A stretch of 51,179 nt of DNA from assembly GCA_020631575.1 (NCBI GenBank), contig JAHDGX010000002.1, forward strand, positions 1-51,179, given 5' to 3'. Positions 32,634-44,426 of this stretch are shown here, piece by piece (the first letter of the stretch is position 1; every line of letters starts with the position of its first letter). The position numbers and the translations under genes are program-made. Source of the DNA: Candidatus Altimarinota bacterium (GTDB lineage Bacteria > Patescibacteriota > Gracilibacteria > BD1-5 > UBA6164). A model generated the notes under the pieces. It saw nothing but the letters and a program-made list of their open reading frames with translations. It searched no databases and was not told where the DNA came from.

Positions 32634-33797
32634 TTACTTTTTTATTATTTTATTTACAAATAATTGTTGAAATATCGCAAAGAGTGTCGATATTCCCCAG
32701 TAGAGTCATACCCCAGCAATCAAAGTAAATGTAAATATTCATACCATAACTGGCATACCATAAAGCATAAATTTATTCATCATTTCTGGATCTGGCATCA
32801 TGGAGCTATAATCGTCAGCTCACTTCTTTTTCTCAAGAACTACATCATTTTTTTCTGGGATTGGTCTTCCTGCAAGAGAGAGTTTCACTTGTATATATTG
32901 AATAAGAGCAACCGTAAGGGCTAACGCGAGTCACGCAAGTCAACCTGATTGCAATAAGTCCATACCGAAAAAATCATAATCTATTTGAGAAATATGAAAA
33001 TCTGAGAGGAAGTTATAAAGATAAAATTCGTTTTTAAGTGATGTAATATTCATAATAATATTATAAATCACAATGAGGATAGGCATTTGAATGATTAAGA
33101 ATCCACATGAACCCATAGGATTTACACCTTCGTCTTTATAAAGCTTCATGAGATCCATACCCATAGCTTGTTGATTTCCTTTATGTTTTTCTTGAAGTTT
33201 CTTAATTTTTGGCTGAATAGCCTGCATCTTTCTTTGTGAAACCATCATCTTGTGTTGTGGAAAAAGCAAGAGAATACGAATGAGTATCGTTATTGCTACT
33301 ATTGCCATGCCTAGAGAGTTTCCAAAAAATGCTATGAGGTAAGAAAGGAGGTTGTATAGTGGAGCATAAAACAGAGCAATAAACACTTTTCCTATAGTTC
33401 CCCTATATTTTACTTCTACTGGCTCAATAAACTGCTTGTCTTCGTAATTAAATGAAAAAACATAGTCTCAAGGTTGAGTGAATAAATCATACTGAGGGGC
33501 AAGAGATAGATTATATGTACCCAAAGCCTCTAACTCAACATCTTCACATATTTCTTTTGGGAGAGATATCTGGTCTCCTGACGATCTGATATCTAGATTC
33601 TCACAGGTATTAAAGCTCATTGTATCTGTAGTAGAATTTTCAATCTGGATATCAATTCCTGCTGGAACCTTATAAGATGATTTAGCAACCTGAAACTGTA
33701 TTCCTGAGAGTGTTTGCTTTTCCTGATTTCCAGAAAAATAAGAAAACAAAAGAAAGAATATTGCCGTAAATAAGAGTATATCTATGTATTTTTTCAT
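32634..33797 (-). CDS. yidC: membrane protein insertase YidC, 387 aa
   Basis: Two same-phase fragments are extended codon by codon to TAA 32634-32636. Motifs: ILIRILLLFPQHKMMVSQRKMQAIQPKIKKLQEKHKGN and GVNPMGSCGFLIIQMPI. Confidence 0.9.
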
Positions 33798-34129
33798 AAT
33801 TTTTTATCAAAGAGGTAACGAATTTCATTTTGAATTTTATCCAAATTTTCTGGGAGTCATGTAAGCTTTGTTTGTTTTTTCACGACACATACTACATCTC
33901 AGTAATGCTTATGAATATAGGGCTGTGATACATCATAAAATAACCTTCTGTATGAATTTCTTACTACATTTGTTGGAACTGATTTCCCACCTATAACAAT
34001 AGCAAAACGACTATATCAGAGTTTATTAGGAAACACATTAAAAACAATACTATAAGAAAAAAAAGGTTTTCCTTTATGCAAAACCTTTTTTACTTCACGT
34101 TCCTTTAGCCTGTATTTTTTTGCAAGCAT
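33782..34129 (-). CDS. rnpA: ribonuclease P protein component, 115 aa
   Basis: Translation begins MLAKKYRLKEREVKKVLHKGKPFFSYSIVFNVFPNKL[G]YSRFAIVI[G]GKSVPTNVVRNSYRRL. Its 3' end overlaps the yidC start by 16 nt, and it sits in the rpmH-rnpA-yidC order. Confidence 0.8.
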
Positions 34130-34141
34130 GAAAATGATTTT

Positions 34142-34384
34142 TTATTTTCTTTTTACGTAATTCCCTTTCCCATCAAAAGGAGATTTTTTAGCAGTACCAC
34201 CAGCGATGATATGCATTTTAGATTTCCCGTTAATTTCTTGGTATCTTTTTGGATAACTTACAGTAAGTGCGTGTCTCCCTTTTCTTCTTCTGTTTTTCAG
34301 TACTTTTCTTCCTGAAGCAGTTGAGCTTCTCTTTAGGAATCCATGTACTCTCAGTCTCTTTCTTTTCTTAAGTTTTCAAAGCAT
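34142..34384 (-). CDS. rpmH: 50S ribosomal protein L34 with a C-terminal extension of about 37 aa, 80 aa total
   Basis: The sequence ML[G][39 protein letters not shown] is canonical L34. The frame then stays open through [38 protein letters not shown] to TAA 34142-34144. Confidence 0.8.
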
Positions 34385-34465
34385 AATCTATGAATATTTT
34401 GAATAAATTTTTGTAAGCCGGTGCATCTTATTGGAAAAAGCATTTTTGTCAAAAAAATATTTTAA

Positions 34466-36526
34466 TTATTGCCAAAATCACTCACACCCTTCTCTAGAAT
34501 TTGAAAATGGTCAATTAAGCCCAATAAATCCTGTCGTTATTGGTGTGTCATTCACAACACCAGAAGAAATGTCATTTCACCATGACGTAATGCTTCCATC
34601 TGGTTTTAATGCATGGTAACTTCATTTCGCAGAATAAATATTAATATATCCTGTATCAGTCGGTTCTCAAAGTCCTCCCATTGTATCACTTCACCAAGAT
34701 GCAATACTTCCATCTGCTTTCATTGCTGCGAATCAATGTTCTTGGGCATAAAACTTAACATATCAGTTATCAGTTGGCTCTCAGTCAGCCTGAGTTCACC
34801 ATGATGAAATAGAACCATCAGCTTTTACTGCCATCATTCCTCAATACGTAGAAAGTGCTTTTACATACCCTCCATCTGTAGGAGCATCATCTCGTAATGT
34901 AGCATTTGCTGAATATATCCATAGGGTTCCATCTGCTCGAATTCCAATAAATCAGAAAAAACCTCATATAAGATCTACGAATGTATCTGTTGGAAACTCA
35001 TCTCAGTAATAATACAGCTGTCACCATATATGAATAGTTCCATCATCTCTTAGAGCTCAAAAGGTATTCCCCGTACCTACTACCTTAGTAAATCATGATC
35101 CATATGAGGTAACGAAATTTCCATTTGGATCTAATATTCTTCCTCCATAAGTCGTGTTTCCCCATACATGAATACTCCCATCAGATTTTAAGGCTCAAAA
35201 GGCTCATCTAAAATTTGAAAATATTTCTACATATCAACTATCCGTAGGAGTGTTCAAATTCCCCCATCATGTATCTCACCACGACACAACTCTACCATCA
35301 GAATTAAGAGCCGTAAAGGCTCTTGCTGTTGCTACTACAGAAGTATAGCCACTATCTGTAGGTCCTCATACTCATCATCTTGCTGGGTCTCACCAGGTAG
35401 TAATAGATCCATCTGACTTCAGAGCTGCAAACGCTCACTGTGTTCATGAAACAGTAATATAACCATTATCTGTTGGGGCTCCTGTGACCTCATTATCCCC
35501 ATCTGATCACCATACTGTCATGGATCCATCTGGCTTAAGAGCAACAAAGTTTGCATATATTGTAAAAAGTTGAACATACCCGTTATCGCTAGGGGCTCCT
35601 ACTCCTCCATAAGTATCACTTCCCCATGATTCTATACTTCCATCTGTTTTTAACCCTGCTAGGGCTCTACTATTTCCATATGCATTATTTGCTGCAGATT
35701 CTATTGTATAATACGCATTTGAATCACCACAACTATACTGACCTATTGTTAAAGGTAGACTTGGTAGTGTAGGTCAATTATTTTGTATCCCTCATGGACA
35801 TCTCCCATCCTTATTTACATCGAAACACTGAAAAGCGTTATCTACCACTCTCCATCATTTTCATTTTCTCACTATAAGATCTCATAACTCAGAAAATGTA
35901 GCTCAAGTTCCCGTAACGTAATCTTCTCATGATAAATAAGAGGAGAGAACATAAGTATTTCCTATATCTGTAAGCTCAAGAGTATTTGAAGTAAACGCTA
36001 AATCTTCAAGTGGTAGATTTGTAGCTTGCTGGGTCATAATACCTAAAGATGTCCCAAATGTCCGAGGATACCTATCTTGATTATCTGAATGTACTGAAGG
36101 AAGCAGAGCTAGGCTACTCATTTCTTCTTCCATGAATGCCATAAACTGAAAGGTTTTTTTATTAGATCATAAAAAATAACTATAGTACGTATCATCTTTC
36201 GGGTCCTTAGTATTTTCATCCATTCATATAGTTTCTAGTACATCTTTTCCTATTTTTCCCTGAAATCATACGATTACTCAACTTGAAGTGATAGTAATAC
36301 TGTTATCTGGGAGAGGAAGTTTCTTTGAAGTTGCATATTGTTGAAAGGTTTCAACTGCCTTAGTGAGAGTTGCTATTCTTTTTGTATCCCTCGCTCACAC
36401 AAGATATCAGGTATAAGAAACAAAACCAATTGTTGAGATAATTCCAACAATTGTGATAACAACGATAAGCTCTACAAGTGTAAAAGCTCATTTTTTAGAA
36501 CCGTGAAAACGAAGAATATTATGCAT
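34466..36526 (-). CDS. type IV prepilin-like N-terminus fused to about 10 RCC1-like beta-propeller repeats, 686 aa
   Basis: The N-terminus MHNILRFHGSKK[G]AFTLVELIVVITIVGIIS is a class III (prepilin) signal. The C-terminal 450 aa carry about 10 repeats of the form ALK.DGSI..WG...GG.....P.D.GY. The start, track fragment 36142 and stop TAA 34466-34468 are all in phase. Confidence 0.8.
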
Positions 36527-36528
36527 AA

Positions 36529-36570
36529 AAAAACCTTATAAATAAATCTGCTTATTTATAAGGTTTTTTT
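36529..36570 (-). terminator. intrinsic terminator after pyrH
   Basis: 16-bp stem: aaaaccttataaataa pairs with ttatttataaggtttt, with loop atctgc. Confidence 0.6.
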
Positions 36571-36616
36571 AATAATATCATATTCTTTCTATATTGACTT
36601 TAGCTCTGTGTTTTGT

Positions 36617-37309
36617 TTATACTATCTTTGTTCCAAGCCCAGAACCCATAAGTAAATCAATAATATTTTGAGTATCTCACAATTTTGTAACAAAAATCGG
36701 CAGATTATTATCCCTTGCCATGATAATCGCTGTCTGATCTAATACTTTTAAGTTTTGAGAGATAAAGTCGTTGTAGTGTAATGTATCATATCTTTGAGCA
36801 TCCGGATGTACTTTCGGATCGCTATCATATACTCCATCCACTTGCGTGAGTTTGATCATCACGTCACAGTGAAGCTCTAAGGCCCTGAGTACCCCTGTAG
36901 TATCTGTTGTAAAAAATGGAGTTCCTCAACCTGAGCTTGCAATGACTATTTTATCTTCTTCTATGTAATTTCTTGCCCTCATTGCAGAATATTTTTCTAA
37001 AAACTCAACATGTAGCGCATCCATAACTACAGCCTGTATACTAAGCTTTGCAAGAAAATTTTTGAGCGTCACGGCATTAAAGACCGTAGAAAGCATACTC
37101 ATATTATGAGAATCTGCCGCATCTACTCATGATGCAATAAGCTTTGATCCTCTATAAATATTTCCTCCACCTAATACGATAACAAGCTCGTATCACTGAG
37201 CTTTAATATCTTGGATCATTTTCGCAACTGCCTGAGCTTTTTCTGGATGTATAGACTGTCCATCCTGACTCAGTGACTCACCTGAAATTTTTAAAAGTAC
37301 TCTTTTCAT
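36617..37309 (-). CDS. pyrH: UMP kinase, 230 aa
   Basis: Motifs: MKRVLLKISGESL, VIVLGGGNIYRG, ASS[GG]GTPFFTTDTTGVLRALEL and VDGVYDSDP. Confidence 0.92.
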
Positions 37310-37316
37310 ATATCTT

Positions 37317-38297
37317 TTACGAATTAACTATATCCTTCATGAGATCATCTACAATCTCAAGAGATGGAAATTCTCTCTCTTTCAGCTCCTGATTTTTATC
37401 AGAAATATTTTCACTTGTTACATCTACCCCTGTCTCAAGCTCATATATACCATAAAACCCATGAGTGAAATCTACATAGTGTCTCTCGTATACATACTTC
37501 TCACCATCAAGACGTATCACATTAAACTTAATTCATTTCTCTTTTACGATATCTCTACATGTATTCCAATAATACCATACATTCATTCTTTCTCACAAAT
37601 AATCTGTCAAAGTCTCACAGCTAATTTCTGGAAGAATCTCTTTTTTTACTTCAAAGCCTTTAATTTGCGTATAGGTGAAACTCTCTTCTCAGAGCATAAG
37701 AGGTTCTCCGTACTTGGACGAAGTAGGGAGGTCTATAGAAATCGTGTTATCTTCTGGTCCAACAAGTGTTGACTCGCTTCCAATTGTTTCTTTATTATTT
37801 TCGTCTAACACATTCAACACAATCTTTGTTTCTGAAATTTCTTTCCCAGCCCAAGCTCTAAATATATATTCGTTTTGACCAAAATCTAAGACCTGATTTT
37901 TTGATGAAGCAATATATTTAAATGTAGTATCTCCCGACTTAAATGCCTGGAGAGTATAATCATCATCTGGATATTTCGATGTTGGATTTGTAAATAAAAC
38001 CTGTATTTTATCTACCTGAATATTCGTAGTTCCGGAAATAATCACTTCTCCACTCGTAAGCTCCCTCTCAGAAATACTATCAAAAACGAGGTACGCTAAA
38101 GTATCTTGCGGCATAATTTGGATAAGAGAATTTGATTGCTGAGATTTTTTGTCTTCCGAAGCATCAGGCTGCGTGTCGTCTTGCTGAGAAACAGTATCTC
38201 CTAGAAGATCTTTTTTCGCTGCATCTATTTCTCCTCTGGATTGACCACATGAAGTAAGAACAAGGGTAAGGAGCATGATTCATAATATTTTTTTCAT
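37317..38297 (-). CDS. lipoprotein, hypothetical, 326 aa
   Basis: The N-terminus MKKIL[G]IMLLTLVLTSC carries a lipobox. Two same-phase fragments are joined through TGA. No motif recognised. Confidence 0.7.
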
Positions 38298-38354
38298 AAT
38301 AATATATTTATGAAATACGTACTCATATTATAAGTAGAGCAAATCTAAAAGCAA

Positions 38355-38386
38355 AGAAAAAGCAGGGATGATATTTTCCCTGCTTT
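38355..38386 (-). terminator. intrinsic terminator after rnj
   Basis: Stem agcaggga, loop tgatattt, stem tccctgct, with a T run on the minus strand. Confidence 0.55.
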
Positions 38387-38393
38387 ATTCTGG

Positions 38394-40397
38394 TTATACT
38401 TCCGTTACGATTGGAATAATCATTGGTTGTCTATCTATTCTCTTGAGAAGAAAATTTTCCATATCTGTTCTAATAATCTTTAAAAGATCCTTTTCCTCCA
38501 TATCTGGAACATCTTTTATAGTATTTTCATATGTTTCTCTCGCTTTTTTGATAATGATTCTATGTATATAGCGAACTTCTTCTACATAAACAAGCCCTCT
38601 TGTTTCAAGCTTCACATGACCAATAATTGCTTTTGATTTTTTATCGACCTTGTACTGCAGTACCATCACTCCAGAGTTCATCATTTGTTCTCTCGCTTGG
38701 AGTACATGTGATCCCATAAGTCCCATACCATTACCATCTACAAGATATTCTTGAAGTGGCACTTTGATCTTTGATCGAAATACTGAGCCATTTGGAGCAA
38801 AATCTATAATATTCCCATTATCGAGAAGGAGAACATTTGATTGCTTTACACCTACTGACATCGCAGTTTCCGCGTGACGAGTTCTGAAGTACAAATCACC
38901 ATATATTGGCATAAAATACTTTGGCTTGAAGAGTCTTACGAAGATCTTTTGTTCTTCTTGATACCCATGACCCGAAGTATGTACTGGCCTGTCAGACTTT
39001 GTAATAATCTTTACTCCATACTTGATAAGTTTATTAATTACAAGACTTACTGATCTCTCATTTCCAGGAACAACAGAGCTTGAAAACACGACCGTATCAC
39101 CAGCTTGAATCGTAATTGATGGATGTTTTCCTTCTGACATTCGAGAAAGAGCAGAGTATTCTTCTCCCTGCGATCCTGTTGTTATGATGATTTGTTTCTC
39201 AGCTGGTACTCCATTTGTGTTTTTTGGAGTGAGCTTTTTAATAGTTCCAGGTTTTGTTTTCACATATCCGAGTTTTTGAGCGATAGCTACATTTTCAGTC
39301 ATAGATCGACCTGAAAGATAGATATATTTATCATATTTTTCTGCTGTATCTACGAGCTGCTGAACTCTTGATATCCAAGAGGAAAATGCTGCAATAATAA
39401 GTCTTCCACCGGTATGCTCTGAAACTATTTTTTCAAGCTCATCACCAACTTCTTTCTCGCTCATCGAAAATCCCTTTGTGGTAGATCCTGTAGAATCAGA
39501 AAGAAGCATAGTAATACCTCTATTTCAAATTTCTTCATACCTCTCAAAATCAGCAGGAGCATCAAGTCTTGGAGTATGGTCAATCTTAAAATCTCACGTA
39601 TGTACAAATTTCGCTCCACCTGGAGTTTCTATGTATAAACCAGCACAATCTGGAATAGAGTGATTTACTGAGAAAAATTCAACATCAAATTGCCCTATTT
39701 TTGTTTTATTTTCTACGGAGGCATCAATCTCTACAAATGTCGCATGTGGCATAAGCCCAGCCTCTGAGATAGCTTTTTTAATAAGTCAAATGGTAAGTTT
39801 AGTACCGTATAAAGTTGGCATATCAAGAACTGGAAGCACATCTTTGAGACATCCAATATGATCCAAATGCGCGTGGGTAATCAAAAACCCTTTAATGTTT
39901 TTTGTATATTTTTTGAGAAATGATACATCAGGCACACTATAATCAGCCCCATACATATCTGGCTCAGCAAACTGTATTCCACAATCAATGAGGATAATAT
40001 CATCTCAGTATTGTACCATAGACATATTTTTTGCCCCTATTTCATTATTTCAACCAATAGGAATATATCTCGTATATCCTTCTCTTAGTGCTGGAAGGAA
40101 AAACTTCGTATCTGGAAAATCTAAAGTTCTTTTTCCATACTTATGAGTTTTCCTATCTGCTGAGGAAGAACTTCACTGTGTCTTTTGTCATGTTTGACGT
40201 CTTGCCTGGTTTTGTCACTGAGACATTTTTGAAGCTCTTTGCGTATCACGAGAAGGTACATGAGCAGATTTTTTCTGCGCTGATGGCTTTTTTGCTTCAT
40301 CTTTTTTTTCTACTTTCGGCTCTGGTTTATGTGATCAAGCCGAAGTAGGGTTAATATCGCGAACCTCCATATCGAGTTCGTCTAAGAAATCTTTCAT
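38394..40397 (-). CDS. rnj: ribonuclease J (metallo-beta-lactamase / beta-CASP), 667 aa, with a basic low-complexity N-terminal extension
   Basis: ATG 40395-40397 is in phase with the 371-aa track fragment. Motifs: LITHAHLDHIG (HxHxDH), FSVNHSIPD, HT[G]DFKID and HTSGHGYQEE. Confidence 0.9.
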
Positions 40398-40631
40398 GTA
40401 TAATAGTTATACAAATAAAATATATTGAAAACTTTTTTATAGTCAGTTAGAATAGAATTCTGCAAGAAAACTAACACTACAACTTATAAAGTTTAGAAGT
40501 CATCCATAGTCTCTTTTAGAAACAACTATGAGCATAAAAATGCATATAACTTAATAGACTCTACAAATTACTCTCGGAAAATATTGAAATTCTCGACATG
40601 CTAATATGCCTTTTCTTATAATATATCATTA

Positions 40632-41540
40632 TTATATATCATCCTGTAGGTATTGCAAAAAGTTTTTTACGTCTACTGGTATTTTTGTGATATCCCAGTA
40701 ATAATTCTCTATAAGCTCAGTAGAATAGTCTTGTCATGTAAACTGATTTTTTTGAAAAACATAGTCTCACATAAAATTATACTTTTGCTTGAGCCTGAGG
40801 CTTCCTTGTGTCTTCTTTCTAAAGTCCTCGTTGTGTAGTACATAGTATAGATATGTTTCTGCAAAGTCTTCATACTGGTTCGTCATCGCGTAACCTGATA
40901 CAAAATCAGCCTGTACACTTCAAGGAGCGATCGTAGTAACGGAGTCCCAAGATATACCATAAAATTTACTACTTATATCTCAAAAAGCATTCCCAGGAAG
41001 AGAATAAATATCATAGTAATGAGCGAACTCATGAATGAGCACAGAGAGAAACTCACTATCCGTAAGTTTTTCAACACCATACATATGTATGTTTCATCAT
41101 TTCATCCTTCCTCTAGTCTCATGTGAGTTTCTATATAAATACACTCACAGATTTTGTATATGGGAAAGAATATCTTTTTTATAAAGAAACACCTCAACTA
41201 TTGGAACGTATGAGTATTCTATACTCTCTCTGAGTTTTGTTGGAATATACCTGAGAGATACTTTTCTTTTTTGGGCTCGAGAATACTTCTGACTGTATGA
41301 CTCATAGATAAGTTTTTTTATAGCAGCATCAACATCGTCTTGGGTTGTTCCAGTAAAACTTGCAAACTCCTCCTCTCCCGCAGGAAAACTATGAGAGTGT
41401 CAGTGTCACGAAAGTGTTGGTTCTAGATATTGTTCCTGATAATATGTGTCAGGAAAAAAAATCTCCTTTCACACAAAAAGTAAAAGTGTAAAAAGGAGGG
41501 TATAGGTCGTGACCAATAATATTTTACGTGATTTTCCCAT
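40632..41540 (-). CDS. membrane-anchored HExxH zinc-metallopeptidase-like protein, 302 aa
   Basis: N-terminal anchor: MGKSRKILLVTTYTLLFTLLLFV. LSVLIHEFAHYYD is the HExxH motif, with YEDFAETY downstream. Start, motif and stop were checked to be in one phase. Confidence 0.7.
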
Positions 41541-41549
41541 ACATATAGA

Positions 41550-41963
41550 TTATCAGCCTATGGAGAACATAACTTCTATAACGATTCTCACAATTCAAGA
41601 AGCTAATAAAAGTCCTAAAAACCCTAGCATCGACCACTTTACAATATCTTTTCATTTTTTAATTTTTTCATCTTCTCATACTGATATAGTCATCATGAGA
41701 GCACCATACACTATCGCTCATACTGCAAGAAGCCCCAGAAGCATAGAGAGTTGATTTGTCCAATATACCACTTTATTTTTTACCCCTCACTCTATAAGAC
41801 CATCTCAAGGATTCACAAGTGTAGAGTCTCATAAGCAGCCATCAAGTTCATAACCAATATCTCATCCATTATATTCACAATCTGCATGAATATGAGGACT
41901 GAAAATACTCAAAATACTTACTAAGACAGTAAGACTTACAAGAAGTGAAAATATTTTTTTCAT
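41550..41963 (-). CDS. VirB2/TrbC-like small membrane protein (pilin-like paralog A), 137 aa
   Basis: Walked codon by codon. It has a signal peptide (MKKIFSLLVSLTVLVSILSIFSPHIHA), then TM1 (LSMLLGLLAVGAIVYGALMM), a charged loop (SVGEDEKIKKGKD) and TM2 (MLGFLGLLLASGIV). Confidence 0.7.
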
Positions 41964-41971
41964 GATAAAAT

Positions 41972-42355
41972 TTATAATATATTAATTCCTGCAATAAATC
42001 GTACAAGAGCCCAAGCTGCAGCTACTGCAAATATCCCAATCGCTGCATAAATAAAACTGTTAAATGCTTTTTTGAGTTCTTCTGGATTTCAGCGAGCCAT
42101 AAGAAGTCTTCATCAGATGTATATGAACATACCAATAGCAAGAAGTGCCATAAGATTAAATATACTATCTTTTATAAATTCTAATATTACGTCGAGAAGT
42201 CTCTCTTCTGTTTCTCATGAAGTGATAACGCTCGTAGATCCAGCAGGAGTGATCTGACTTTTAAGGTCTTCTGATGATCTTGGGTCGAGGGCTTGAGTGA
42301 TGTTACTCAGGCTCATGTAGAGAGCTGTAATAGTTACGAAAATACATGCTTTCAT
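41972..42355 (-). CDS. VirB2/TrbC-like small membrane protein (paralog B), 127 aa
   Basis: Walked codon by codon. It has a signal peptide, then TM1 (LMALLAIGMFIYI), a charged loop (ARGNPEELKKAFN) and TM2 (AAIGIFAVAAAWALV). Its start codon overlaps the paralog C stop (TAATG). Confidence 0.7.
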
Positions 42356-42705
42356 TATATTCTAAAATTATTAAGTATTCCTATAATTGACCAAGCCGTA
42401 ACAGAGAGAAACACTCATACAAGTGCCCAAGTTATGATAGTCTTTGCTTTTTTTGTTTTTTCCTCTTCCCCACTTGAGATGATGTACATAATTCATCCTA
42501 TCATCACGGCAATAACTGCAAGTACTGCAACATACTGGATCATGAGTCATATAATTCAACCAATAATCCCATAGATTCCATCTTCTCCTGTTCCAGAAGC
42601 AGCGTCACAGCCAGGAAGTCAAGCGCAGCCAATATCTGGAGCGGCTCCATAAGCTGTTGCCGATAAGAGAAAAAATATAGTAGCTATAATAATTTTCATA
42701 AACAT
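42355..42705 (-). CDS. VirB2/TrbC-like small membrane protein (paralog C), 116 aa
   Basis: Signal peptide: MFMKIIIATIFFLLSATAYGA. It then has TM1 (IIGLMIQYVAVLAVIAVMI), a charged loop (SSGEEEKTKKAKT) and TM2 (ALVGVFLSVTAWSII). Confidence 0.7.
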
Positions 42706-42707
42706 TC

Positions 42708-43112
42708 TTAGTAAAGTAAGAGAGCAAAGAGTCGAACAATAACTCAAGCAGAAAGCGCAACAGCAAGAGCAATAATACCAGACATAAATATAGATTTTCA
42801 CTTAGAGAGAAATTCATCCTGACCATGATAGATAATCATATATCCTGCACCTATCGTCATGATAAATACAGCAAAAGCACCAAATACAATTATTAGTTTC
42901 TCAAGTACTGTCAGGAGTACGTTTTGAACTGTTTCTCAGGCTCAGTCTCATATAAGACTCGTATTACCAGGAGTAAACGTTCCAACATGAATCTTAAAAG
43001 TCTCATCTTTTATATCTCCACTAGATTCCCCATCAGAGAATATATAAGGACTATAAAGTGATGAGATTAGTACAGTGAAAAAGAGAAATACACTCGAAAA
43101 TAAGCTTTTCAT
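42708..43112 (-). CDS. VirB2/TrbC-like small membrane protein (paralog D), 134 aa
   Basis: Walked codon by codon. Signal peptide: MKSLFSSVFLFFTVLISSLYS. It then has TM1 (LIIVFGAFAVFIMTIGAGYMI), a charged loop (HGQDEFLSKGKS) and TM2 (SGIIALAVALSAGVIV). The Leu-rich track ORF 42605-42826 is in a different phase. Confidence 0.7.
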
Positions 43113-43217
43113 GATTGTGGGGGTGGAAAATAACTAAAAAAATAATAACTATTATTTTTCAAAAGACAAAAAAATATTATCCTTGGAGTAGAAATTAACT
43201 TTGCCTTACTTAAAAGT

Positions 43218-44354
43218 ATGAAAATTGCCATTCTCCATGAAATGCTGATAAAGAAATGAGGTGCTGAGAAAGTAGTCTCTGAGCTTATAAATATTTTTCC
43301 TAAGGCTGATCTTTTCACACTCATATATGATGAAAAAAAAGTCTGAAATATATTTCCAAAAAATACTATAGCTCCTGAATGTTTCAAGCTTCTCAGTCAA
43401 AAGGTCTATAACATTACAAAGAGGCAGCGTCTCTGCCTCCCATTTATGGCCCGCTCAGTTGAAGCCCTGGATTTTTCATCGTATGATAGAGTAATTGTCA
43501 GCTCAAGCTGATTTGCTCATGGCCTAAAAACAGTAAAAGACACAAAAACAATCATATATTATCACGCTCCTGCAAGGTATATGTGGGACTGGGCACATGA
43601 ATATAGACGTGACATCAACATGCTCAGGTGAATTCGATGATTTCTCTATGGAAGATTTATGAAAAATCTCAGAATATGGGATTATAACGCATCTACTCGT
43701 AATGATACTTTGCTGGCCAATAGCGCTACAACTCAAAAAAGAATATATAAATACTTTAGAAGAGAAAGCGATATTGTGTTTCCTCCTATTGAAACTCAAA
43801 GATTCTCACAAACTCTGAGTAATTACTCTCCAAAAGAAATATTTTTCTCAAAGCCCTACTACATAATATTATCAGCCCTGACAGAGTTTAAAAAAATAGA
43901 TATTGCAGTAGAGGCTTTTGCAAAAATACCTGAAGTGAACCTCCTCATAATCTGAGAGGGAGAATACAGAAAAACTCTTGAAGAGCTCAGCTGAAATGCT
44001 GCTAATATACGCTTTAGTTGAGCGCAATACTGAGATGATCTCGTACATCTCGTACAAAACTCGCTGGGACTTATATTTCCTGGGGAAGAAGATTTTGGTA
44101 TTGTTCCTATAGAGATTATGGCTGCAGGAAAGCCTGTTTTTGCCCTAAATAAGTGAGGTCTTACAGAGACTGTTATAGCCTGAAAAACTGGTGATTTTTT
44201 TCACAACGAGGACTGAAGTGATTTCATACAAGAGTTTCAAGTCTTTCACAAAAATAATACTAAAAATCAGTACTCTCCAAAAGACTGTTACACGCAAGCT
44301 GTGAAATATGATACATGAATATTCAAAAAGAAAATTCAAAAACACATAAAATAA
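43218..44354 (+). CDS. GT4-family glycosyltransferase, 378 aa
   Basis: In phase with track ORF 43659-43955. The motif GEEDFGIVPIEIMAAGKPVFALNK[GG]LTETV is the retaining GT-B (E..G...lEAmA.G.PV) signature. Confidence 0.8.
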
Positions 44355-44426
44355 ATCACTCATCTCTTCTTTGACTTGGAGGGATTTTTATGTATATTAA
44401 AAAAAATATTTTTCTTTCGTATATAT

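Noticed and set aside
34385-34465. Replication origin next to rpmH-rnpA-yidC
   Set aside because: No dnaA or dnaN gene lies in the window, and I found no TTATCCACA-like DnaA boxes in this or the neighbouring AT-rich spacers.
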